A DNA stretch of 64,000 bases, taken from the NCBI GenBank assembly GCA_943787795.1, contig CALSNU010000003.1, forward strand, positions 160,001 through 224,000, read 5' to 3'. The stretch is from an uncultured bacterium. GTDB taxonomy: Bacteria; Planctomycetota; UBA1135; GCA-002686595. Shown one piece after another: positions 46,212-54,335 of this stretch. The position numbers and the translations under genes were made by a program. How positions within the stretch are numbered: position 1 is the stretch's first letter; each line of letters starts with the position of its first letter. Below the pieces are notes generated by a model. It had not been told where the DNA came from. It saw nothing but the letters and a program-made list of their open reading frames with translations, and did no database searches.

Positions 46212-47708
46212 TCAGCGCCCTGAGTCACGGGACTCGCTGGGTTTGTCTTCATCCTCGTCTGATCCACCGTAACCCAGGGAGTTCAGCGCGCCCGCATCAG
46301 GTCCGTCATCGGACGCCGAGGGAGGCTCGACCCGGGTGACATCGCGTTCCTCGAGGAACGCTGCGAGGCGGGCGGCTTCGGGGTGATCTGCGGTGTAGAG
46401 GTTCTTCAGCTCGGACGGGTCCTTGAGGAGATCGAAGAGCTGGGAGTGCTGCGGGCTGCGCTCGTGCCAGATGAGCTTCCAGCGCCCATCGCAGGCCATG
46501 TACAGGTTGTCGTACTGGTTCGGCGGGAGCTTCTTCGGCCCCGGGGCGTGGCTGTCGTAGGCGTTGAGGGCGTCGGCGTAGGCGATCCGCGGCTCGACCT
46601 CCTGCTCTCCGCGCATGAGGTCCATGAGGGACTCACCCTCCATCCGCGCGCGAACGGGGACCTCCAGGGCCTCGAGGACGGTGGGGGCCACGTCGATGGT
46701 GCGCACCTGGTTGTCGATGACCACCCGGCTTGGACCGCCGGGGACACGGATGATCAGGGGGACGCGGACGCACCAGTCGTAGAGGAGGCGGTGCTTCATC
46801 CAGCCGTGGTTGCGAAGCCCCTCGGTCATGCCTTGGCCGTGGTCCGCGGTGATCACGATGACGGTGTTCTGATCCTGGCCGTGCTCCTTGAGCCAGCCAC
46901 GGAGCCGCGCGATCTGGCGGTCCATGAACGCGAGCTCAGGGTCGTAGATGCGCTCGCGCCACTCCAGGCTGCCCGGCATCGTGCGGGACTCGGCCGCGGT
47001 CGGATAGGTGATCCCGTAGTCCGCGGCGAACTCGGCGGGAGGGACGAGCGAGAAGTCGTGCACGTCGAACATGTGCAGCCACATGCACCACGGGCCCTTC
47101 TCACCGTTGGTCTCCAGCCACTCCAGCGCGGAGTCGGTGGTGAAGTCGCCCCGGCGCTGGGTGGGGGTCCTTCCGCCGGTGTCCCACACCGTCCCGTGCC
47201 GCTGCTGCTTCGTGAGGTCGAGGGCCTCAAGGTCCACGCCAGATTCGAAGTCGGTGAAGCCCTGGTCGAGGTTGTAGGCGCTGGAGACCGGGTAGGAGCT
47301 CACCCGTGCCGCCGTCTGATAGCCGCGACTGGCCAGGAGCTCGGGCAACGTATCCACGGACTCCTTCAGGCGGTGGGACACGTCCTCGCTGAAGAAGACG
47401 CGCATCCCGTGCTCGTAGTTGTTCAGGCCTGTGAGGATCGACGAGTGGGACATGGGCGTGATCCCTGCGGTGGAGATGGCGCGCTCGAAGCGCGCTCCCT
47501 CGCTGGCGATCGCGTCGATCTCAGGGGTGAGGCCCGGGGCGCCGCCGTAGCAGCTGATGTGGTCCGGCCTCGTCGTGTCCAGGGTGATCAGGAGCACATT
47601 CATCTGGCTCCCGTCTTCACCGCCCGCGCCACAGGCTGAGAGGGCGCTGGCGAGGAGGACTGCCGCGGCGGGGCAGAGCGGGGGGTGCTGTCGTCGGCGT
47701 GCGTTCAT
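46212..47708 (-). CDS. Sulfatase-like alkaline-phosphatase-superfamily lipoprotein (Thr-type motif)
   Basis: LSAC lipobox; NVLLITLDTTRPD, TPMSHSSILTG, WLHMFDVH, TADHG, VPLIIR, VRTIDVAPT. Confidence 0.85.
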   Translation of the reverse strand: MNARRRQHPPLCPAAAVLLASALSACGAGGEDGSQMNVLLITLDTTRPDHISCYGGAPGLTPEIDAIASEGARFERAISTAGITPMSHSSILTGLNNYEHGMRVFFSEDVSHRLKESVDTLPELLASRGYQTAARVSSYPVSSAYNLDQGFTDFESGVDLEALDLTKQQRHGTVWDTGGRTPTQRRGDFTTDSALEWLETNGEKGPWCMWLHMFDVHDFSLVPPAEFAADYGITYPTAAESRTMPGSLEWRERIYDPELAFMDRQIARLRGWLKEHGQDQNTVIVITADHGQGMTEGLRNHGWMKHRLLYDWCVRVPLIIRVPGGPSRVVIDNQVRTIDVAPTVLEALEVPVRARMEGESLMDLMRGEQEVEPRIAYADALNAYDSHAPGPKKLPPNQYDNLYMACDGRWKLIWHERSPQHSQLFDLLKDPSELKNLYTADHPEAARLAAFLEERDVTRVEPPSASDDGPDAGALNSLGYGGSDEDEDKPSESRDSGR

Positions 47709-47994
47709 GGCGGGGTGGGGCGTCACCTTGGGGCTGCGCTCTGGATGGGATGGTCCTCGATTTCGTGGGTCCACGGCAACGGTCTGGGCCAGATCGCTGG
47801 AATTCGGCGCGCCGAAGCCTCGGAGGGGGCGCCGAGCGAGCGGGGGTCCTGGACGGATCTGCCGGGGGTCCTCGGGCTTGGCCCTTCGGGCTGGCCCCGC
47901 CGGCTCGAGCTCGGGTTCCCGTTGGGCGGAACGCTCGCCCTTGGTCCTCGCTGCCGGTCGAGATCCGCGTGGAGCGCCCGGCATGCCGAGCGCC

Positions 47995-49347
47995 TCAACG
48001 GTCGTCGTCGGATCCGTCCGTGGGCGGCGGAATCTTCGCGAGGAGGCGTTGGATTCGCTTCTGACCGCGGGCGTCCACGGTGCTCATGCCGATGTCGCCG
48101 ATCTCTGCGACGAGCAGCCAGAGCTCGAGTCGGATCGCCCTCTCCATGAAGAGCCCGAAGGTCTTCGGAACGGGGAAGGCGGTGTGTATGAGCTCGAAGA
48201 GCTCACGGGCGTCCGCGCCGCGCCCGCCCGCGAGCAGCGCCTCGTAGGCCCAGGAGGCCTCCTCGATGATCTGCGCGCGGGAGTCGGGGACGCTGAAGGG
48301 CAGCGGGGCGATCACCTCGGGGCCAGCGGCCTCGCCGGCTGCCGGCTCCGCCTCTGCATCGAGAGCGAGCGTGGACGATGCCCTGAGGCTGGCGATTCGG
48401 CTCGCGAAGATGGCCGTGGCCTCGTCTGTGATCTCGTCGAGGATGGCGTCGTACTGCTGGTACCGCCCGAGGACGGGGAGGGCCGCCGGGAGCAGCCACC
48501 GGCGGGCTTCCTCCTGCCGGGCCCCGCGACCGGCGAGCTCCAGGAAGAGGTCGCGGGTCTCCAGGTCCTGGCGCCGCCACCTGTTCACCCGGACGAAGTC
48601 GTACGCCGTCTGGCGGTTCCCGAGGCCCTGGAGCATCCGCTGCGCGAGGATGTTCGCCTCGGCCATGAGAATGTCGACGGCCTCCGGCGCGTCCATCTTC
48701 GCCGTGGAGATGCGCTCCAGGATGAACTCCAGATACCGGCTCCGAAAGCCCGGCCTGAAGTCGTCCGCTCGGCGTAGGCACCAGGTGTAGCCGTTCACCG
48801 CGTCCCTTCGGCCCTGCGGCTCCACGGAGCGGTAGCGAGTGTTGGCCCAGGCGAGCCACCGGAACGGCTCCTTCGCAGCCTCGCCCTCTGGCTTTCCGGC
48901 GGTGCCTGACTCGGCGGTGGCGCCGTAGACGGTCGCGAGGAAGTCCGTTGCTCGATCCTGGGCGGTGAGTCGTCCAACGCGGCCGCCACGAACGAAGTCG
49001 AGGATGTCGACGCACGGGTAGCGCTTGATGGGGTTTCTGCGAGCTCCGTCCTTGTCCTTCTTCGTATCGATGCGCACGGCGACGGCGTTCTCATCGATCC
49101 AGGCCTTCACGCCTTCGTCGTCGAAGACGGCCTTCCTGACGGCGGCCTCCCCGGGAGAATCCGCCCCTTCGACCCAGAGGATGACCAGGAACTTCTGGAG
49201 TCGCTCGGCTCTGGAGACGGCGGACTCGAAGTCGAGGTCCTCGAGGGTGGCGGGCGTCTCATCCTGTAAGGCTGCGGACGCCGACGCGGGCGAGGCGATC
49301 AGGACGAGGGGCAGCAGGCCGGCGAGGATCGCGTGAGGGAGGTGCAT
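47995..49347 (-). CDS. Secreted protein with an N-terminal CxxC-less thioredoxin-like domain and a helical region
   Basis: Signal peptide; FESAVSRA...VF.D..V...I.EN.VAVRID...YP pattern resembles Thioredoxin_7-type domains. Confidence 0.55.
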   Translation of the reverse strand: MHLPHAILAGLLPLVLIASPASASAALQDETPATLEDLDFESAVSRAERLQKFLVILWVEGADSPGEAAVRKAVFDDEGVKAWIDENAVAVRIDTKKDKDGARRNPIKRYPCVDILDFVRGGRVGRLTAQDRATDFLATVYGATAESGTAGKPEGEAAKEPFRWLAWANTRYRSVEPQGRRDAVNGYTWCLRRADDFRPGFRSRYLEFILERISTAKMDAPEAVDILMAEANILAQRMLQGLGNRQTAYDFVRVNRWRRQDLETRDLFLELAGRGARQEEARRWLLPAALPVLGRYQQYDAILDEITDEATAIFASRIASLRASSTLALDAEAEPAAGEAAGPEVIAPLPFSVPDSRAQIIEEASWAYEALLAGGRGADARELFELIHTAFPVPKTFGLFMERAIRLELWLLVAEIGDIGMSTVDARGQKRIQRLLAKIPPPTDGSDDDR

Positions 49348-49507
49348 GGACTTGAGTCCCTGGGGTGTGAGGGGGGGCGCTCTGAACCAGAGTACGTGAC
49401 ACGGCGCCCGGTCCCCAAGTGGATGGGGGCAGGCGCCGTATGGGTCCCTGGGTCCAGTTTGCGGCGCCCTACGCGGTACGCGGTGCAGACCCCTGGAGTT
49501 GGCTCAA

Positions 49508-50026
49508 TCAGCCCGCGTTTCGTTCCGGCTGAAACTCACGCAGCTTGTAGCGGTCGATCTTGCGGTAGAGGGTGGCGCGGCCGATGCCGAGGAGCTGTGC
49601 CGCGCGCTTGACGTTCCAGGTCGTGGTCTCGAGCGCGTGCTTCAGGATCTGCTGCTCATAGTCCTCGAAGCGGTGGATCGAACCGGGCTCAAGCAGCACG
49701 GTGCCGTCGTCCACGGGGGTGGGCTCGGCGGTTGCCTGGACCGTCGGTGGCGCCGCATGGTGCGCGGTGGGCGCAGCGTGACTGACCGGGGTCAGGGGGT
49801 GTGCGGTGCACTGGCGGACGACCTCGGAGGCGGTCTCGTCGGCGGCCTGAGCGTCAAAGAGCACGAGATCGGGGCGCTTGCCGTTCCCGGTGGCGCGCGC
49901 GTCGGTGGCGCTCGCTGCGAAGCGAATGAGCCACCCAAAGCGGTGCGCTTCTTCGGACACCCTGCTGCGGTCCGAGTCGTTGAGACCGAGGCAGAGGACA
50001 GAACGCGGTTGATCGGAAGAGGTCAT
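49508..50026 (-). CDS. Fis-type HTH protein with a truncated receiver-like N-terminus
   Basis: PDLVLFD; EQQILKHALETTTWNVKRAAQLLGIGRATLYRKI (HTH_8). Confidence 0.75.
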   Translation of the reverse strand: MTSSDQPRSVLCLGLNDSDRSRVSEEAHRFGWLIRFAASATDARATGNGKRPDLVLFDAQAADETASEVVRQCTAHPLTPVSHAAPTAHHAAPPTVQATAEPTPVDDGTVLLEPGSIHRFEDYEQQILKHALETTTWNVKRAAQLLGIGRATLYRKIDRYKLREFQPERNAG

Positions 50027-50538
50027 GGTCAGGAAAAGAAGTGGCGTTGAGGCGCGAGGCAGGTCGCGGGAACTGTTGAAGGGCCGCGGCTGCGCCGCAG
50101 GCGTTGGGGTCAGCGGGGGAGGAGGTGGCTCTTTCCACCGCTGTGGTGAAGGGATCGGCGGGCGCTTGCCTCGAAATGAAGCCGACTTCGCGGATCCTCC
50201 GGGCGGAGGGCGAGGCGGAGGACTCTCCAGGCGCCAGAGCCTTGGGCTTCCGGCCTGGACGGGATCGGGGCGGCGAGGCCACGCCTCCTTGTCCATATCC
50301 GAGACGCGGCCGGGCGGCCGAGCGTTCCCATAGATCGGGCAGGAATCTCCTGATCTGCTAGTTCGAGGGGGCGCAGGGTGGTTGAGGACCCGCTCAGGCC
50401 GGCCCTGAGCCTCCTTGGAGGTCAGGCGTGAGGGCTCGGGCAGCCTTGGGGGGCTCGAAGCGGGGGCCCTGATGGTCGGCGGAGGTTCGGGGGATGAATG
50501 CGCTCACACTCCGGTGATTTGGTCCCGTATGTTCCCGC

Positions 50539-51843
50539 GTGATGACGATCCACGACTCAATTCGAGATCGCCGCGCTGGCCGCTTTCTGAGCTGGATGGT
50601 CACCGGCCTCGCGGCGCTGGCGGTGGCGTGTTCTGCCCCCGAAGATCCCGCTGAACCTGGGGCACCGGGACATGGCGGCCCCGGCGGGGAAGCGGGGGCG
50701 GCCAGCCCGGGAGGGGCCGCGGCTCTGAGCTCCGCGGCTCTGAATTCCGCGGCTGCGGGCTCCCCGGGTCCGGAATCTTCCGGGGAACAGCGGTCCGGCT
50801 CCGCATCCCAAGAGGCTTCGCGATCGTCCACGCTGGAGGAGCTGGTGGAGGCGCTGGGCGCGATTCCCTCCGACCTCACGGTCGAGACAGACGAGACGTT
50901 GAGGGAGCCGACGGATCCGGCGGACTGGCCCGCCCCCGCCTCGGTTGGCGGTGATCCCGTTCGTATCGTCAGGGAGTTTCATCCCGCCACCGGAACCCTG
51001 CTGCGTATCGCCACCGCGCGACCAGCGGTGGCAGAGGGCGCTGCCCCGGTCCTGCACGGTCCGGAGTGGCGCTTCCACCCATCGGGCGCGACCCGCTCGA
51101 TCCAGTGGTGGAAGGATGACGTGCCCCACGGCCCCGTGAAGCAGTGGCGACCTGTGGGCATGCTCGCCCGGGAGGGGGTCTTCGTGGATGGGCAGCGCGA
51201 TGGGCTCTGGCGGAGCTTCGCCAAGAACGGGCCGATGACCGAGCAGAAGATCTATCGCCGTGGGCTGCCTGAGGGGCGGCAGCGCGAGTGGTTCTCGTCG
51301 GGCCAGGAGCGCGAAATCGAGAACTATGCGGACGGCGTCCTGCAGGGAGAGCGGAAGGTCTGGGGCCGGAAGGGGCTGCTCGTCCGCAGTGAGAACTACG
51401 ACCGGGGCGTGCTCGAAGGCCGCTGGATGGACTTCCATCCGGGCAGCAGCAGCCCCAAGCAGTGGGGCGAGTACCGAAACGGGAAGAGGGAGGGGGTCTG
51501 GCAGAGCGGGTCGATCCAGGGAGTCACCCTCTCGTCGGCCCACTACAGCGCCGGGGAAATGGACGGGCTGGTCCGGACCTGGAGTGAAGAAGGCGTGCTG
51601 ATCGAGGAGACCATCTTCGCCGAGGGGCAGAAAACGGGACGGTCCGCGACCTGGTACGCCGACGGTGGACCGCAGTCCGAGGGTGAACTGGAGAACGGGC
51701 GCCGGATCGGTCGATGGACGTACTGGAAGAGCGATGGAGCCCTGAACGAGCGCTGGTCCGGCGTGTTCGAAGATGACGAGCGCGTGGGGCCCCTCGAGCC
51801 GGATTCAGCCGCCTCGCGTCCTCCTCTGAAGGCACCTCGATGA
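50539..51843 (+). CDS. MORN-variant (YwqK-like) repeat lipoprotein
   Basis: LAVAC lipobox; repeated G.(Y/F)..G..(D/E/H)G.W..(W/F) units. Confidence 0.82.
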   Translation: MMTIHDSIRDRRAGRFLSWMVTGLAALAVACSAPEDPAEPGAPGHGGPGGEAGAASPGGAAALSSAALNSAAAGSPGPESSGEQRSGSASQEASRSSTLEELVEALGAIPSDLTVETDETLREPTDPADWPAPASVGGDPVRIVREFHPATGTLLRIATARPAVAEGAAPVLHGPEWRFHPSGATRSIQWWKDDVPHGPVKQWRPVGMLAREGVFVDGQRDGLWRSFAKNGPMTEQKIYRRGLPEGRQREWFSSGQEREIENYADGVLQGERKVWGRKGLLVRSENYDRGVLEGRWMDFHPGSSSPKQWGEYRNGKREGVWQSGSIQGVTLSSAHYSAGEMDGLVRTWSEEGVLIEETIFAEGQKTGRSATWYADGGPQSEGELENGRRIGRWTYWKSDGALNERWSGVFEDDERVGPLEPDSAASRPPLKAPR

Positions 51844-52790
51844 TGAACCCTGCACTGATCTGCTTGTCGCTCGCCGTTTCGGCGCTGTCCGCATATCCCG
51901 CCGCGCAGCAGGAGGACGTGGCCCCCACGCCGCCCCCCTTCGAGGCGCCGCCCGAGGTTATTCCCGAGCTGGAGGGCGGGGTCTTCACGCGCTTCTACCA
52001 CGAGTCTGGCTCCCTCGCGCGGGAGGGCTTCCTGGTGAACGGGGTGCGGGCCGGGATCTGGAAGGCGTGGAACGAGGCGGGGAGCCGGGTCTACGTGGGT
52101 GCCTTTCGTGACTACCGCCGCGTCGGTCCCTGGGTGATCTACGGCAAGGGGGCCCGCGCGACCTCGCAGGGTTCCTACGACGACAAGGGGCTCAGGCACG
52201 GCGCCTGGGCCATCTACGGCGGCCGCGGCGATCTACGGCTCGTCGCTCACTACGACCACGGACTCAGGGACGGCGCGCTCGAACGCTTCACCCGAGGCGG
52301 CCTCCTCGTGGAGCGGACCCTCTACAAGGCGGACCTGAAGGACGGCCCCAGTATCAAGAAGTCGACGGGTGCCAAGGCGCTCGTCGAGGAGGGCCTCTGG
52401 TCTTCTGGCAAGCGCATCGGCTCCTGGAAGTTCTATCACGAGGACGGCGCGCTGAAGCGCGTGGGCAGCTTCAAGGCGGGCATGGAAGACGGCGAGTGGG
52501 TCAGCTACTTCCCCAACGGCAAGCGGGAGAGCGTTGGCCGCTTCGAAGCGGGGCGAGCGGTCGGGGTCTGGACGGGGTACCACAAGCAAGGCGAGCGGCG
52601 CTTCGTGGCGACGTTTGTGGGCGGGATCCAGGAGGGGCCTTACACGGAGTGGGGGCGGAGCGGCCAGCTCCTGGCGGAGGGTGACTACAAGGCGGGTACC
52701 TACGAGGGCCCGTGGAAGTTCTGGAGCGCCGAGGGGCAGCTCGATACGACCCGGACGGGCCGCTACAGCAAGGGAGCACTGATCCAATGA
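51840..52790 (+). CDS. Secreted MORN-variant (YwqK-like) repeat protein
   Basis: Signal peptide; the same repeat type throughout; ATGA overlap with the upstream gene. Confidence 0.85.
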   Translation: MMNPALICLSLAVSALSAYPAAQQEDVAPTPPPFEAPPEVIPELEGGVFTRFYHESGSLAREGFLVNGVRAGIWKAWNEAGSRVYVGAFRDYRRVGPWVIYGKGARATSQGSYDDKGLRHGAWAIYGGRGDLRLVAHYDHGLRDGALERFTRGGLLVERTLYKADLKDGPSIKKSTGAKALVEEGLWSSGKRIGSWKFYHEDGALKRVGSFKAGMEDGEWVSYFPNGKRESVGRFEAGRAVGVWTGYHKQGERRFVATFVGGIQEGPYTEWGRSGQLLAEGDYKAGTYEGPWKFWSAEGQLDTTRTGRYSKGALIQ

Positions 52791-53887
52791 TCCTCCATGC
52801 CATCGTCGCCTCGGCGGCTCCGCTCCTGCTGTCTGCGGCTCAGGAGCCCGTCGAGGTCCGCTTTGACCCGTCCCCGGGAGCCTCTCTGGCGATCACGGCG
52901 ACCGAGACACACGACTTGCTCCTCGAGTCGCTGGTGACGCGCCGAGGCGCCGGGTCGCCCGCTCAGGCGGAGATCGAGCTCCGCCTTCGGTCGCGCCTGG
53001 AGACGGTCATTGCCGACGGCTTCAAGGAGGAGGCAGCCCGTCGCCGCCGTAGGTACCTGGGGCTCGAAGGCCGGCTGGAGCTGGTCGACCCGAGGTCCCT
53101 CAACGAGGAGACGGGGGAGTGGAGCGGTCAGATCATCGAGTTGACCTCGCCCTTCGATGGCGTCAGCGTCGCCTTCGAGCCGATCCCTGGGAGCCCCGGT
53201 CGCTTCGGCCGCCACTACGACGGCCGGGCGCTCAGGGAGGCCTTCCTGCCGACCCTTGAGGCTCCGTTCGACTGGGGCAGGTTTCTAGGGACCGCCCCCG
53301 GCCGGGCGGCGAGGAGCGTAAGCCAAGGCGACCGGTGGTCTCTCCCGCCCGAGGTCCTTCAGCCGCTCCTCGCGCCCAGTGGCTTCCTGCTCTGGCGAGG
53401 CAACGAGGGCGCCGACGAGCAGATCCTGCGAGCCTTTCAAAGCGGCGTGGCAGGCAACCTCTACCTCGGTTTTGACGGCAGCGTTGAGGGCACGGTGGAG
53501 GCGTCGGTCAAGACCATCGGCGGAGACTCGCCCGCGACTCGCTTCGTGGAGTTCGAATTCAAGTTCGATGTGACCATGCGGTCGGACCGCACAGAGTTCA
53601 TCAAGGAGAACCGGCTCGACGCCGAGGCCCGCGAGCAGGTGGAGACCCTCTCCGCGCAGCTCGCCGTCCAGGCCAAGGGCGGGGCGACGCTCCGGTGGAG
53701 CGTCGCGGATCAGCAGCCGATCGGAGCGCTTGTCCTCTGCGACGAGATCGTGGAGCTCGCTGTGCAGATCCTTCCGCCGGAAGGAGGCCCCGTGGAGCAG
53801 CGGATCCGAATGGTCGGTGGGCTGGCGAATCGGCTCGAGTTCCGCGAGGTCCAGCAGGCCGCGCCGCTCCGGAGCGAGGGGCGCTGA
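52787..53887 (+). CDS. Secreted beta-rich hypothetical protein
   Basis: ATGA overlap with the upstream gene; short signal peptide; alternating beta-strand pattern. Confidence 0.6.
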   Translation: MILHAIVASAAPLLLSAAQEPVEVRFDPSPGASLAITATETHDLLLESLVTRRGAGSPAQAEIELRLRSRLETVIADGFKEEAARRRRRYLGLEGRLELVDPRSLNEETGEWSGQIIELTSPFDGVSVAFEPIPGSPGRFGRHYDGRALREAFLPTLEAPFDWGRFLGTAPGRAARSVSQGDRWSLPPEVLQPLLAPSGFLLWRGNEGADEQILRAFQSGVAGNLYLGFDGSVEGTVEASVKTIGGDSPATRFVEFEFKFDVTMRSDRTEFIKENRLDAEAREQVETLSAQLAVQAKGGATLRWSVADQQPIGALVLCDEIVELAVQILPPEGGPVEQRIRMVGGLANRLEFREVQQAAPLRSEGR

Positions 53888-53889
53888 TC

Positions 53890-54070
53890 GGGGGGCGATC
53901 TCGTCCTCGCCCGCGCCGCTGAAGGCGCCGTCTGCGGCCGGACCGTCGGGGACCAGGCTGGTGTTGACCACCTGTCCGGTGAAGCGGTCGAAGATGCGGC
54001 CCTCCCGCTGCGTCAAGTTGTGCGCACCGCCCTGGACCGCGATCGCTCATGGGTCGGGCGACGCGAGCAT
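53890..54070 (-). pseudogene. Possible gene remnant resembling one TolB-like propeller blade, with an in-frame TGA
   Basis: Reads MLASPDP*AIAVQGGAHNLTQREGRIFDRFTGQVVNTSLVPDGPAADGAFSG; codons are GC3-biased. Confidence 0.25.
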
Positions 54071-54335
54071 TGCGGTCCAGCGGACAACGAGCCGCGCGGG
54101 GGGCGATATCCCGGCGGGGACCGCTGGCCAGCTCCAGGCCCGGCTCCAGGCTCAAGACCAGGGCCTGAGCATCGGACCGCGCGCGGCGGACCGGCGGAGG
54201 CCGTCGCGCGGACTGTTGCCTCGAATCGAGCGCCTGAAGGTTGCCTGCGGCGCGTGAAGGCGGAAACTGGTGGCCTCCAAACCCCGCGGATCCAACCCGT
54301 GGTCCACGGGACAGGTTCCCCAGGAGCCCCCAAGA

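Noticed and set aside
50539..52790. YwqJK-type toxin-antitoxin module
   Set aside because: Both proteins are exported repeat proteins and no toxin domain is adjacent.
54047..54049. Selenocysteine read-through of the in-frame TGA
   Set aside because: No redox-motif context or recognisable selenoprotein family, and no convincing SECIS hairpin.
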